Source of the DNA: Amphiscolops sp. MND2022
Lineage: Eukaryota
NCBI GenBank assembly: GCA_964187785.1
Contig: OZ076409.1
Coordinates: 88,476,001-88,540,000 of the forward strand
Length of the DNA: 64,000 nucleotides
Direction: 5' to 3'
The first letter of the stretch is position 1, and each line of letters opens with the position of its first letter. This document shows, piece by piece, positions 27,964 to 41,594 of the stretch. Position numbers and translations under genes: made by a program. A model generated the notes under the pieces. It ran no database searches and had not been told where the DNA came from. It worked only from the letters and a program-made list of their open reading frames with translations.

Positions 27964-30900
27964 ATGGCAGTTAAGGGTGAGGTGAAAATCAAGAAGAAGG
28001 AGATTAAAATTAAGAAAGAGAAGAACCCGGGCACAGGGGGCATTGTCGAGTACAAGCTGAGTGCCCACAAGGTCACCATTTTCCTCGGCATCATCATGGT
28101 CAGCTCACTGTCTGTTATCACTGCGTTCCAAATCAAGATCTGGAACGACCTCCGGCTCTCCCGCCAATATGTCGATGAGTTAGTTGACCTTTTCTCCAGA
28201 AAAATTAAAAAAATTCTCAGTTTAACCCTAAATGGATCATAGATCTTTCTGCAAACTTCTGAAGGAACTAGCTGAACGTATGGAAAAAACTCTTGAACAA
28301 GATTATCAGACAATCTTACAGAGCATTGTGTACATTTCCATGAAATATAGACTTGATGTCTCTAAAATCAAGAATCCGGGACCGAAAAATCGAAGTAAAA
28401 CTGAGAGCACATTTTCGGCTTTTTTTCCGGTTTCCGTTTGTGGCCACTTTGTCCTACTTGTATCAAGGTTGGGTTGAAGCGGCCCTAACATGTTTTGAAA
28501 CATACTGAATTGCAATCAGAGATACGAGGCGTGCAAGGTTTGGCGCAAAGTTTGGACGCGCTGTAAATAGTTTGTCGGACTCGAATAGCTTAGGAGATAT
28601 TGCGGTTCAAGTTTAAGTACCTGATTTCTGGATGGATTTGGAAACTGCTTGGTCCATTTAGGGTTAATTGTTGTTGACTGATTCAGATTCTTTGACATAC
28701 AGGAACTTTAACCCCATAATGTTACTCAAATCTAACCGAAGTTGAAATCAGTTGGCTTTGATGTGATTTCAACTATTCAAATGAATTTATTTTGAACTCT
28801 TAACTTCATATCCTCGACAGTGATTTCGTCCTCAAATGAGGACAGCGATTTTTTCGCAATCAAAAAAATTACGAAATACAAAAGGCATAGAGGAAAACGA
28901 AAATTTGTCCTTTTTATATACAATCTATTGCACTAACTGGGGTGAGCTGTTAGTTGTGTCAATCAGGCTTGTCATTTATTGATTGTAAATATATATTGTC
29001 ATTTTCAAACCTAACAATAATTAATTCCACTAACTACTCTCTAAACAATAAATATTCTTAAAATATTGCAATAATTGCAATATTTAGGTACTGCATTCCT
29101 AAGTCGAAAAATATCATGAAAAAATGAAGTTTCCATTTTGATAATAAAAACATTCAATTTTTCATTACATCATGAACAGTTTTCATATTCCAAAAATTTT
29201 TATTGTATCTCAGAAATAATGTTTCCTCCAAGTGAACTGGGTCCATTCTTTTCCTGTTGTCACTATAAACATTGTTTGCACAACTGAAGAGTCTCTCGGC
29301 TATGTTCGAACTTGGCTGAATATGCGAAAACCCATACATGTCTTTCTTCATTTCTTTATATTTGTCGTTTCGATAAAGTGCGAGTTGGGCAAACGACATA
29401 TCTGCGACGCTTTCATTGCCTCCAGTCACTTCAACTGGGTTGTCCGATTGTAATGAATGTATTGATTCCATTTCCTCTGAGCTTAATTCTGAACCGTTCA
29501 AACTTTTAACAATTGCGTTTTCAAAGCACGGAGAGTGCACGGTGTGCGAATCTGGACTCAGATAGTGTTTCATTGAAGGGTACTTTGAAACAATTGCATC
29601 GAAAAGAACCCTCACATTCAGCAGAGTCACATTCTCTTTTTGGAGCTCCAATGTCACCGATTGAAAGTCTTTCAAAACTGTGAATAGGTCTTGGACACGC
29701 GCAAATTCGCCATGTGATAAAAGCAGGTTGATGTATTCCGACTCGCTAAAAGTCATATAAGGTTGAATTTCAATCATACGTTCTACCATTTTAATTGCAT
29801 TTTCAAACCCCGGATGTTGCGATTTGAGGTGAGATATTAGGCTATGGTACCCGTTTTCAATTTTTTGCTTGCGTTCAGCACCGCATAAACATTTAAAAAT
29901 ATGCTCTTTGTCAGTCTTTACATAATAGTGATCCACAATCTGACGGTTGGTCAAAATTTTTGAAACAGGCATTGTGAAATGCATAGAATGTATAGCAAAT
30001 TAGCAATAAACTATTCAAACAAGTTTGTATAAGTGTATTGTTGACGTGAAGGGTATTGTGCAGGTTTGACAGGAGATAATTGATGAATCAATTCGGAAGC
30101 ATTTTGCAAATGATAGTCCTAATTTACTATTGGATGACGATAAAACAATATGCATAATTCAATTATCACACCTCGATTTCTCTCTATAGAAATACCGAGA
30201 GGCAAGAACACAATTAGTCTGTCTTAATTCTCATTGGCTAACGATCGATGATTGCAAGCATATTTCCTCGCTATAGACATTACATGTATATACAAAATGT
30301 ACCACTAATATTTTAGAGGTAATTAATTTTTAGGATATTCAATCAATTATTGCAATTAATTCACCTCCAACAATAAATATATTGAACAATTTTTAGTGGC
30401 AATATATATTGTAACAATCAATAAATGACAAGCCTGGTGTCAATATAGTTTTTTTCGAGCCACCGGCAGAGAAGTAACTGTGAAAATTTGTAAAATAATA
30501 CATTTCAGAAAATAAACCTTCTCAATAACCATGCAACTGTTTGCTAAGTTACTGTCCCACTCTAATAAACACAGTAGACCACCATTGAAAACGCATATAT
30601 AAATTTTTCCAATGAAGCTTCAGCTATGAGTTCGACCGGATTATTCGTGGAGAAATGAAGCTTTGAATTTTTTTCCAAGTTTGTGTCATTTTTCAAATTC
30701 TCGACTGGAATGGCACCGAACTCCATGATTGAAACCCGTAGATCTGAGGCGCTAGTACTTAGTTCACTGACGTAACCTTTTACTTCAGTTAAAATACTCC
30801 TAACTTTCAATTGTGTCTTAGGATGTCGGCTGATTTGATGACATATGGACGTGAACAAATCATGTTCCAGCTGGGTAAGTTTAGCCTCGTCTAATCAAAA

Positions 30901-33900
30901 TTTCATAAAGACTGAATTATCTCAAATTAAACTTCTTCTCTTTCTTTAGGTTACGAGCATTTGGCTGGAGAATTCCCACGTAATTATAATTTTTGTGTTT
31001 GACTTTCCGACGAGAACGGTATGAATATTTATGATTTCATGATTTTAATGATTCAGTTCCAGGGTTTGACATTTTTGTTATTCCAGGCTAATTTTTTTCG
31101 CTTATCCCTAAACTGCTCATTTCAAAATCGCCATTTCGCTGAAGAACTCTTTATTCAAACTACCAAATGTTTGGTTTCAAGTACGCTTTAAATTTGCATT
31201 GAGATTTTATATCAGTTCAGTTTTTATTATGAGTTCACTTATTTAGTATTGGCGAGATAAAATACTTAAAATTTTCATACTGCGTAGCTTTTACAATTTT
31301 AGTTGGAATTTTTCGGAATTCATTTTGAAGCTTCGTGTATGTACAGAGGAAGTTTTGAATTTGGATAATCTGTTAATTGCAGCTAATTTTAATCAGTGAT
31401 AAAATCACTGAAAAATTCTTCTCAGCCGCTAATTCTCTAAATCGTTTATTAGTTTTGACAAAACTATGTTCGGTTTCATAACTTGGAGGGCTAAATAGCA
31501 TTGAAAGACCTGCGCGTCGAAAGAGAGAGTAAATTGGGTGTGAGGTAGGCTCCGTAAGTAATTCACGCTAAATGACCTTCAAATTTCGCGCTTCCGTATG
31601 ACGCTATTTCCGGTCCAATTTTATGCTAATTTCACGTACTTTTTTGTCCAAAATTAAAAAAATTTTCGTTTGAATTTTATGCTAATTTCACGTACTTTTT
31701 TGTCCAAAATTTTAAAAATTTTTTCGTTTGAATTTTATGCTAATTTCACGTACTTTTTTGTCCAAAATTTTAAAAATTTTTTCGTTTGAATTTTATGCTA
31801 ATTTCACGTACTTTTTTTAGCCAAAATAAAAAAAATTTTCGTTTGAATTTTATGCTAATTTCACGTACTTTTTTGTCCAAAATTAAAAAAAAATTTTCGT
31901 TTGAATTTTATGCTAATTTCACGTACTTTTTTGTCCAAAATTTTAAAAATTTTTTCGTTTGAATTTTATGCTAATTTCACGTACTTTTTTTAGCCAAAAT
32001 AAAAAAAAAATTTTCGTTTGAATTTTATGCTAATTTCACGTACTTTTTTGTCCAAAATTTAAAAAAAATTTTCGTTTGAATTTTATGCTAATTTCACGTA
32101 CTTTTTTGTCCAAAATTTTAAAAATTTTTTCGTTTGAATTTTATGCTAATTTCACGTACTTTTTTTAGCCAAAATAAAAAAAATTTCGTTTGAATTTTAT
32201 GCTAATTTCACGTACTTTTTTGTCCAAAATTAAAAAAAAATTTTCGTTTGAATTTCATGCTAATTTCACGTACTTTTTTGTCCAAAATTTTAAAAATTTT
32301 TTCGTTTGAATTTTATGCTAATTTCACGTACTTTTTTAGCCAAAATAAAAAAAAATTTCTATTGAATTTTATGCTAATTTCACGTACTTTTTTGTCCAAA
32401 ATTAAAAAAAAATTTTTCGTTTGAATTTTATGCTAATTTCACGTACTTTTTTGTCCAAAATTTTAAAAAATTTTTCGTTTGAATTTTATGCTAATTTCAC
32501 GTACTTTTTTGTCCAAAATAAAAAAGAATTTCTATTGAATTTTATGCTAATTTCACGTACTTTTTTGTCCAAAATTTAAAAAAAATTTCGTATGAATTTT
32601 ATGCTAATTTCACGTACTTTTTTGTCCAAAATTTAAAAAAATTTTCGTTTGAATTTTATGCTAATCTCACTTACTTTTTTGTCCAAATTAAAAAATTTTT
32701 TCGTTTGAATTTTATGCTAATTTCACATACTTTTTTGTCCAAAATTTTTTTAAAATTTCGTTTGCCTTTGATATACAAAAAGAAGAATTTCTTCTGTCTC
32801 AAAATCTAAATTTTGGCGCTCTTTGTCAAAATTTTCTTCTGACTGCAAAAACTTAGTTGTTTCGTTGCTAATTAGGAAACGACAAAATTACATTTTCCTG
32901 CCAAAATTGATGTTTTTGGGATTTAACCTTCTCCATTCAATTTCACGCCATGTTACCTAAATTTGAACGAAAACAGTTATTTCACGCTTTTATCCTCGGT
33001 GACACGCTGAAACTTGATTGAGCAATATTTCACGCGATTACACGACTTCACGCCGCGTGAAATTCTGCAGAATCTAGTGTGGGGTGTTGTTTCAGCCGAG
33101 AAGCGAGAGTGTGACGATAAGAATGGCCAGTTCAGTTTCACGTTCAAGAGGTGCTACACCTACTTCCCGTCGAGTGTTGCATCCACCTACAGCCGACAGA
33201 AGGAGCGTTGCGTGAGTGAAGGTACAGAGTTGAGTTATTTCATTGTTAGGCCACACTTGTGCGTGAACAATGTGAATTGAATAACTTAACGATGCATTAA
33301 CAGATTTAGTATAAAAACAGTGCAATAACAGACCATCGCGAAATTATTTTCAGTCTCAACCTGCGGTTTCTCGATGCATGATTTAATTTCTCGATGCATG
33401 AACAAGCCATCGACTAAGTAGTAGTTATTGCCTAAAATTGACCTTAAAATAGCAGAAATCAGATGGACCCACTTATGCCCGGGGTTCAATAATGATCTAT
33501 TGGCGTAATTCTACTTCGTTTCTATCAACCAACCCGCAGATCTTAATAGGCAATCAGAGCATTAAACGTTTTTGGGTTTGTCAACAACTTCCTTTTGAAA
33601 ATGAATTATATGATGAGGAATTTGAGATAAGGTTCTTCCTTATCTTTCTGCTTTCGAAGTTTCAAGTATTTTATATCATTACTCAAAGGGTGGTTTTGAA
33701 CCATTTTCAATATTACTACACTCGCTATGGTAATTACTTTTTACAAGATGTTTGTTTGCGTTCAACACACTTATACCGTTCTGGAACACACTTATACCGC
33801 TCCATATCTAAGGCTCAAAAATAGCAAAAGGACTTCTACAGTACCCGAATGAGAAAAAAATTTCCAAAATTTTTTGTCGAATTTTCTTGAAGTATCTGGT

Positions 33901-36170
33901 AAGTCGCATAGTGCCAAAAAACGTATAAGAAGGGACCCTTTGGAATTTTTCGAACATCCATTCTGTTACAAAACAGAAAAAAATTGAAGGGGGACCCTTT
34001 GGAGACATTAAAAATATTTGCGAAAAAAGTCTCACAGAGCCGAAATAACATGAAAAAAATTTTTGGTCAAAGGCGAGACTCGAACCCACGTCCTTCTGCT
34101 TGACGGATCTCAAAAAATCCTTTTAACCTCTATGCAAAGTGCCAGTAGAAGTAGTGTGGCAGTTAGTGTTAGTGGAAGCCAGCTTATGAAGCTTATAAAA
34201 TAGGTCACTTTGTTGGTCTTTAAAAAAATTTTAAAAAGATAAGTCATTGCTATAGTCTGCGTTTTCTACGAAAAGCGCCGACTAAAAAATGAACCGATCG
34301 CGTTGAGCCGCCGAAAAAAACAAGCCATTGTAAGAGTCGTGCTTTTTCTTCGACTAAAAATAAAGTTAGTAAAAATTCGTTTTCTCTGAAATATGTACAT
34401 TTTCTGCATATATGCAGAAAATATGCATTTTTCAGAGAAAACAAATCTTTAATAACTCTATTTTCCAGGTTATATTATAATACAGAGATTTGACTCGCTA
34501 TTTTTTTGCTAATCGCTAACTGACGGTAATTACATATTGCTAATCGCTAACTTCGCTAGTTGGCAGTCGTTAATCGCTAACGCTATTTAAAATCCACAGT
34601 GAAAAGTTTAATTCACATTACATTTAATAATGAGCAATTTTGATAACATTTCATAAGAAAATCGGGATTGTTTTGGACGTATGACATCCCCAGCAATTGA
34701 GAATAACCTTTTCATTGATACATCACTGGCAGGTACAGCGAGGACTTCTTGGATGAGCCTTGTCAGGTTACTTTCTTTGACCGAGGCCCAATACTCAACG
34801 GCGTTTCTATCATATGTGGGCGATAAAATGAAGTTTCAAAATGAACCGTTGTTATACAAAATTGGCCAATAGAAAAACGCCATCGCTAAGCGGTCGCTAG
34901 ATATTACAGATCACGCTAACTAATTTCCGCTAGTGTAATCCCTCGCTAACGCTAAAGCAGCGCTATTAGCGATTAGCGTCAAATCTCTGTTTTAATAATA
35001 TATATAGTAATAATCGCAGACCGCATTTCTTTAGTTGTGTTCAACTTCACAACTATCTAAATTAGAAGAAACTGAACCAACCCAGGAATTATCTTGAAGC
35101 TTGTTTATTTTAAATACCTGTGAACTTTAGGTTAAGTTACAGTCACAATCTGATTGGTTTCTTGTTTGAACATGTCTCATTAAAGGTAGCGTTCTGGCAT
35201 ACCCGATGTCTCGTCAGGAACTGATCTTCCTGTCGGACTATTACTCGGCCTCGAGTGGGCTGCGTGACGACTACACTTTCCGAGTCGGGTTCTCCAAGCT
35301 CAAGGGATCCACTTCGTCGTTCATGTCCTCGGATGACAAGTTCAGCGTGGAAATCGACTCCAACTGGTGGAAGCCTGCTCAAACCGAAGAACAGTACTCG
35401 GATGCCGACTCCGCTTGCATCGAGAAGGGAGGATACGAGTCAGGTTCGTGGTAATCGCAATTCACCGTGGTGCACCAACTGATAATTTGTTTGAAAAAGT
35501 AATGCAAGGATGTTTGATAAAAAAAACCTGATTTGATCAAATTTTAAACCCTTTCCATCAAACAATTGAAAATAATCTACCAAAATGGAAAGTTACGCGC
35601 AAAGATATGCAGTACTGTGATTAAGAAAGCAATCCCTGGGCGATTTTAGGCTCGTTTTGCTCGAAATCGGTTGGAAATTTTGAAAAACATCAGAGATAAA
35701 AGTTTCCTCGAATTTCATCTAGTTTACATTAGTATTTCTTAAAATTTTCTCGGACAAAAATTGTGGAAGTTACAAATAGTTGATTTTGAGCAAAGATGAG
35801 ACTTTTTTCGTTTTCCCAATTTTTAAGATGTAAACAGTGAAAAACTGCAATTATTTTTTCTTTTAGAAGGTTTATGAAACAAAAAATGTATCATTGAATT
35901 TTCGACAATCTGCAAAATCCAATGAATTTAAAAATTTTCAAACCTCGGTTTTTGATTAAATTGTCATCCTTGTACATGATAAATTTTTTCATGCAGCATG
36001 AATAACATCGATGCTTCATAAACTTTATCAAAGATCATTCATTGGCAATTTCAGGATCGATTGATTTGGTGGTTTGCGGGAAAGACGTCTCCTTTAAAGG
36101 CTTCATCTGTGCAAAAGAGCTCGACATTCCTGACAGAGAACCCATCGCACCTCCAAGCAGCAGCAAATAA
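27964..36170 (+). CDS. Type II transmembrane C-type lectin-like protein; exons 27964-28178, 28243-28277, 33096-33221, 35186-35443, 36055-36170
   Basis: Basic cytoplasmic N-terminus and TM (VTIFLGIIMVSSLSVITAF). Phase-compatible GT-AG joins give ECDDKNGQFSFTFKRCY...ERCVSEG|SVLAYPMSRQELIFL...FRVGF...WWKPAQTE...ACIEK...G|SIDLVVCGKDVSFKGFICAK, the CTLD cysteine pattern. No EPN/QPD motif. Exon 2 is the least certain. Confidence 0.75.
28964..30436 (-). mobile_element. hAT DNA transposon, internally deleted (1473 bp), in an intron of the lectin gene
   Basis: 23-bp perfect TIR caggcttgtcatttattgattgt; perfect 8-bp TSD GTGTCAAT at 28956-28963 and 30437-30444. Confidence 0.93.
29154..29984 (-). CDS. 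Truncated hAT transposase: BED finger fused in frame to the C-terminal/dimerisation part
   Basis: FKCLCG...GYHSLISHLKSQHP, then directly MVERMIEIQP...PSSNIAERLFS...LEETLFLRYNKNFW. Only 276 aa; the central catalytic region is absent. Confidence 0.8.
   Translation of the reverse strand: MHFTMPVSKILTNRQIVDHYYVKTDKEHIFKCLCGAERKQKIENGYHSLISHLKSQHPGFENAIKMVERMIEIQPYMTFSESEYINLLLSHGEFARVQDLFTVLKDFQSVTLELQKENVTLLNVRVLFDAIVSKYPSMKHYLSPDSHTVHSPCFENAIVKSLNGSELSSEEMESIHSLQSDNPVEVTGGNESVADMSFAQLALYRNDKYKEMKKDMYGFSHIQPSSNIAERLFSCANNVYSDNRKRMDPVHLEETLFLRYNKNFWNMKTVHDVMKN
31617..32762. repeat. Intronic minisatellite, ~20 copies of ~57-58 bp
   Basis: Unit gaattttatgctaatttcacgtacttttttgtccaaaattttaaaaattttttcgttt; variation lies mainly in homopolymer lengths. 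Confidence 0.95.
33802..34289 (-). mobile_element. HINE-like repeat family A copy (one end truncated)
   Basis: ccatatctaaggctc ... ttttctacgaaaagcgccgactaaaaa; similar to 36821-37349. Confidence 0.65.
34483..34989. mobile_element. hAT-type MITE (507 bp)
   Basis: TIR cagagatttgac / gtcaaatctctg; flanks ttataata and ttttaata (8-bp TSD, 1 mismatch); many subterminal CGCTA motifs at both ends. Confidence 0.75.
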
Positions 36171-39100
36171 GCCAATCACAGGGCGGAATGAAGGAATCTG
36201 ACTCAATCAACACAATAAAACTTCGCAATCCGCATTTCAAAAAGCAGAGCAAAACTGCAACTGACAATTTATTTTGACCCAATTGAAACTGAAGTTAATC
36301 GGAATTTTGATGCTTAAAATCATCAATTTTTAATTTACCCTGCGTAATTTGTCTGCATTAGTTTTCAAATGACTTTATGGTGTTTCAAAGTTCAACGAGT
36401 TTTAGCAATACAGTAGATCTCACGAAGCTTGAACCCGCTGATCATAATCAAACTCCACTCAGGAACACATTGCACACAAACTTTCTGACATCTTTCGAGC
36501 ATTGGAGAACGCCCAATAACAAGAAAGCATGCTGAAAGTTCTTAAATATTATACAACTAAGCGTCTCAAAAATTCTGTATTGGTATCAGATACTACCTGT
36601 AGTACAGGTAAACTTCCATCCGTGAACAAATTTGTCTGGTCAAAATTCCGCCTGGTTGGAAAGCCATACAGAAAACTTTTCTTCTGATTGTTTTTTGATT
36701 TTCTATAAACTATATGGTTTTAGGCCCAGATTTTGAAAACTTCAGCGGACAGTCCTCGGTCTTTATTCGAAACTGCCTGGAATTTTTTCATGCTTCAGGC
36801 TTGCATGCACGGTAATTTTTAACAAGCCGGGAACGGCCTAAGTCGGTGCCATATCTAAGGCTCCAAAATAGCTAAAAGACTTCAAAGTGTCAAGTGTTCT
36901 CTTCTACAGTACCCCGCATGAATAAAAAATTGAATAAAAATCCGAAATTTTTTTGAAATTTTTTCCGGAAATTTTTTGGACTCCAGTAAGTCTCATAGTG
37001 TCGAAAAAACTAAAAGGGGGCCCTTTGGGAGTTTTTGAACATCCATGCTTTTGCAAAATAAAGAAAAATGAAGGGGGTGGCCTTATGAGACATTAAAAAA
37101 ATTTGCGAAAACAGTCTCACAAAGCCGAAATAACCTGCACAAAAATATTTTGGTCAAGGTTGGGACTCGAAACCACGTCCTTTTGCTTGGCAGACCTCAA
37201 AAAATCCTCAAAAAATCAGAAGCAGAAGAAGCTACATTAGTGTGGCAGTTAGTAGAAGCCATCGCATAAAGCTTATAAAATCTGTCAGTTAAAAAAAGAA
37301 AAGTCACTTCTATAGTCTGCGTTTTTCTACGAAAAGCGCCGACTAAAAACAGAAAACTGAGACTGCGCGCAAAACTTATACTGCAGCTCGGCAATTCCTG
37401 GTAGCATTTCACTGCGCGTTGAAAAAAGCCAATGCAACATACAATTTTTTGGAGGAGACTTGAATTTTGAATTCACCGTGGTGCACCAACTGATAATTTG
37501 TTTGAAAAAGTAATGCAATGATGTTTAATAAAAAAGCCTGATTTGATCAAATTTTAAACCCTTTCCATCAAACAATCGGAAACAATCTTCCAAAATGGAA
37601 AGTTGTGCGCAAAGATATGCAGTACCGTGATTAAGAAAGCAATCCCTGGGCGATTTAAGGCTCGTTTTGCTCGAAATCGGTTGGAAATTTTGAAAAACAT
37701 CAGATAAAAGTTTCTTCGAATTTCCTCTAGTTTACATTAGTATTTCTCAAAATTTTCTCGGAAAAAGTAGTGAAAGTTACAAATAGTTGTTTCTAAACAA
37801 AAGTGAGACTTTTCCGTTTTCTCAATTTCTGTTCGAAAGGTAAAATTTCGTTGATTAACATGTATTAAGAAAGGAGGTTAAGTTTCTTGCAGTGAAAAAC
37901 TGCGATTATTTTTTCATTTAGAATGTTTCTGAAACAAAAAATATTTAAAAAATATACATCATTGAATTCTCGACAATCTGCAGAATCCAATGAATTAAAA
38001 AATTTTCAAACCTCGGTTTTTGATTAAATTGTCATCCTTGTACATGATAAATTTTTTCATGCAGCATGAATAACATCGATGCTTCATAAACTTTATCAAA
38101 GATCATTCATTGGCAATTTCAGGATCGATTGATTTGGTGGTTTGCGGGAAAGACGTCTCCTTTAAAGGCTTCATCTGTGCAAAAGAGCTCGACATTCCTG
38201 ACAGAGAACCCATCGCACCTCCAAGCAGCAGCAAATAAGCCAATCACAGGGCGGAATGAAGGAATCTGACTCAATCAACACAATAAAACTTCGCAATCCG
38301 CATTTCAAAAAGCAGAGCAAAACTGCAACTGACAATTTATTTTGACCCAATTGAAACTGAAGTTAATCGGAATTTTGATGCTTAAAATCATCAATTTTTA
38401 ATTTACCCTGCGTAATTTGTCTGCATTAGTTTTCAAATGACTTTATGGTGTTTCAAAGTTCAACGAGTTTTAGCAATACAGTAGATCTCACGAAGCTTGA
38501 ACCCGCTGATCATAATCAAACTCCACTCAGGAACACATTGCACACAAACTTTCTGACATCTTTCGAGCATTGGAGAACGCCCAATAACAAGAAAGCATGC
38601 TGAAAGTTCTTCAATATTATACAACTAAGCGTCTCAAAAATTCTGTATTGGTATCAGATACTACCTGTAGTACAGGTAAACTTCCATCCGTGAACAAATT
38701 TGTCTGGTCAAAATTCCGCCTGGTTGGAAAGCCATACAGAAAACTTTTCTTCTGATTGTTTTTTGATTTTCTATAAACTATATGGTTTTAGGCCCAGATT
38801 TTGAAAACTTCAGCGGACAGTCCTCGGTCTTTATTCGAAACTGCCTGGAATTTTTTCATGCTTCAGGCTTGCATGCACGGTAATTTTTAACAAGCCGGGA
38901 ACGGCCTAAGTCGGTGCCATATCTAAGGCTCCAAAATAGCTAAAAGACTTCAAAGTGTCAAGTGTTCTCTTCTACAGTACCCCGCATGAATAAAAAATTG
39001 AATAAAAATCCGAAATTTTTTTGAAATTTTTTCCGGAAATTTTTTGGACTCCAGTAAGTCTCATAGTGTCGAAAAAACTAAAAGGGGGCCCTTTGGGAGT

Positions 39101-41594
39101 TTTTGAACATCCATGCTTTTGCAAAATAAAGAAAAATGAAGGGGGTGGCCTTATGAGACATTAAAAAAATTTGCGAAAACAGTCTCACAAAGCCGAAATA
39201 ACCTGCACAAAAATATTTTGGTCAAGGTTGGGACTCGAAACCACGTCCTTTTGCTTGGCAGACCTCAAAAAATCCTCAAAAAATCAGAAGCAGAAGAAGC
39301 TACATTAGTGTGGCAGTTAGTAGAAGCCATCGCATAAAGCTTATAAAATCTGTCAGTTAAAAAAAGAAAAGTCACTTCTATAGTCTGCGTTTTTCTACGA
39401 AAAGCGCCGACTAAAAACAGAAAACTGAGACTGCGCGCAAAACTTATACTGCAGCTCGGCAATTCCTGGTAGCATTTCACTGCGCGTTGAAAAAAGCCAA
39501 TGCAACATACAATTTTTTGGAGGAGACTTGAATTTTGAATTCACCGTGGTGCACCAACTGATAATTTGTTTGAAAAAGTAATGCAATGATGTTTAATAAA
39601 AAAGCCTGATTTGATCAAATTTTAAACCCTTTCCATCAAACAATCGGAAACAATCTTCCAAAATGGAAAGTTGTGCGCAAAGATATGCAGTACCGTGATT
39701 AAGAAAGCAATCCCTGGGCGATTTAAGGCTCGTTTTGCTCGAAATCGGTTGGAAATTTTGAAAAACATCAGATAAAAGTTTCTTCGAATTTCCTCTAGAT
39801 TACATTATTATTTCTCAAAATTTTCTCGGAAAAAGTAGTGAAAGTTACAAATAGTTGTTTCTAAACAAAAGTGAGACTTTTCCGTTTTCTCAATTTCTGT
39901 TCGAAAGGTAAAATTTCGTTGATTAACATGTATTAAGAAAGGAGGTTAAGTTTCTTGCAGTGAAAAACTGCGATTATTTTTTCATTTAGAATGTTTCTGA
40001 AACAAAAAATATTTAAAAAATATATATCATTGAATTCTCGACAATCTGCAGAATCCAATGAATTAAAAAATTTTCAAACCTCGGTTTTTGATTAAATTGT
40101 CATCCTTGTACATGATAAATTTTTTCATGCAGCATGAAGAACATTGATGCTTCATGAACTTTATCAAAGATCGTTCATTGGCAATTTCAGGATCGATTGA
40201 TTTGGTGGTTTGCGGGAAAGACAACTCCTTTAAAGGCTTCATCTGTGCAAAGGAGCTCGACATTCCTGACAGAGAACCCATCGCACCTCCAAGCAGCAGC
40301 AAATAAGCCAATCACAGGGCGGAATGAAGGAATGTGACTCAATCAACACAATAAAACTTCGCAATACGCATTTCAAAAAGCAGAGCAAAACTGCAACTGA
40401 TAATTTATTTTGAACCAACTGAAACTGAAGTTAATCGGAATTTTGATGCTTAAAATCATCAATTTTTAATTTACCCTGCGTTATTTGTCTGCATTAGTTT
40501 TCAAATCACCTTATGGTGTTTCAAAGTTCAACGAGTTTTAGCAATACAGTAGATCTCACGAAGCTTGAACCCGCTGATCATAATCAAACTCCACTGAGGA
40601 ACACATTGCACACAAACTTTCTGACATCTTTCGAGCATTGGAGAACTCCCAATAACAAGAAAGCATGCTGAAAGTTCTTCAATATTATACAACTAAGCGT
40701 CTCAAAAATTCTGTATTGGTATCAGATACTACCTGTAGTACAGGTAAACTTTCATCCGTGAACAAATTTGTCTGGTCAAAATTCCGCCTGGTTGGAAAGC
40801 CATACAGAAAACTTTTCTTCTGATTGTTTTTCGATTTTCTATAAACTATATGGCTTTAGGCCCAGATTTTGAAAACTTTAGCGGACAGTCCTCGGTCTTT
40901 ATTCGAAACTGCCTGGAATTTTTTCATGCTTCAGGCTTGCATGCACGGTAATTTTTAACAAGCCGGGAACGGCCCAAGTCGGTGCCATATCTAAGGCTCC
41001 AAAATAGCTAAAAGACTTCAAAGTGTCAAGTGTTCTACAGTACCCCGCATGAGGAAAAAATTGAAAAAAATCCGAATTTTTTTGAAATTTTTTTCCGGAA
41101 GTTTTTTGGACTCCGGTAAGTCTCATAGTGTCAAAAAAAACTAAAAGGGGGCCCTTTGGGAGTTTTTGAACATCCATGTTTTTGCAAAATAAAGAAAATT
41201 GAAGGGGGTGGCCTTATGAGACATTAAAAAAATTTGCGAAAACAGTCTCACAAAGCCGAAATAACCTGCACAAAAAAATTTTGGTCAAGGTCGGGACTCA
41301 AAACCACGTCCTTTTGCTTGGCAGACCTCAAAAAATCCTCAAAAAATCAGAAGCAGAAGAAGCTACATTAGTGTGGCAGTTAGTAGAAGCCATCGCATAA
41401 AACTTATAAAATCTGTCATTTAAAAAAAGTCACTTCTATAGTCTGCGTTTTTCTACGAAAAGCGCCGACTAAAAACAGAAAACTGAGACTGCGCGCAAAA
41501 CTTATACTGCAGCTCGGCAAATCCTGGTAGCATTTCACTGCGCGTTGAAAAAAGCCAATGCAACTTACAATTTTTTGGAGAAGACCTGAATTTT
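35459..41594 (+). repeat. Tandem triplication of a ~2.0-2.07-kb unit containing the lectin terminal exon, its 3' region and a HINE copy
   Basis: Units begin aattcaccgtggtgcacc at ~35459, ~37470 and ~39538. The exon recurs at 36055-36170, 38123-38238 and 40191-40306 (period 2068). Confidence 0.95.
36821..37349 (-). mobile_element. HINE-like family A copy (repeated at 38889-39417 and 40957-41475)
   Basis: aacaagccgggaacggcctaagtcggtgccatatctaaggctcc ... aaaagcgccgactaaaaa. Confidence 0.7.

Noticed and set aside
26200..30900. Coding-like minus-strand patches (26340-26579, 28516-28698, 30562-30858)
   Set aside because: Possibly remnants of an old element, but there is no recognisable motif, termini or splice structure to support a call.
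31617..32762. CRISPR-like look of the 57-bp array
   Set aside because: Intervening segments are near-identical A/T runs rather than unique spacers, there are no cas genes, and the context is a eukaryotic intron.
37197..39586. Duplicated 71-aa and 63-aa minus-strand ORFs
   Set aside because: Chance ORFs within the HINE repeat and the triplicated unit.
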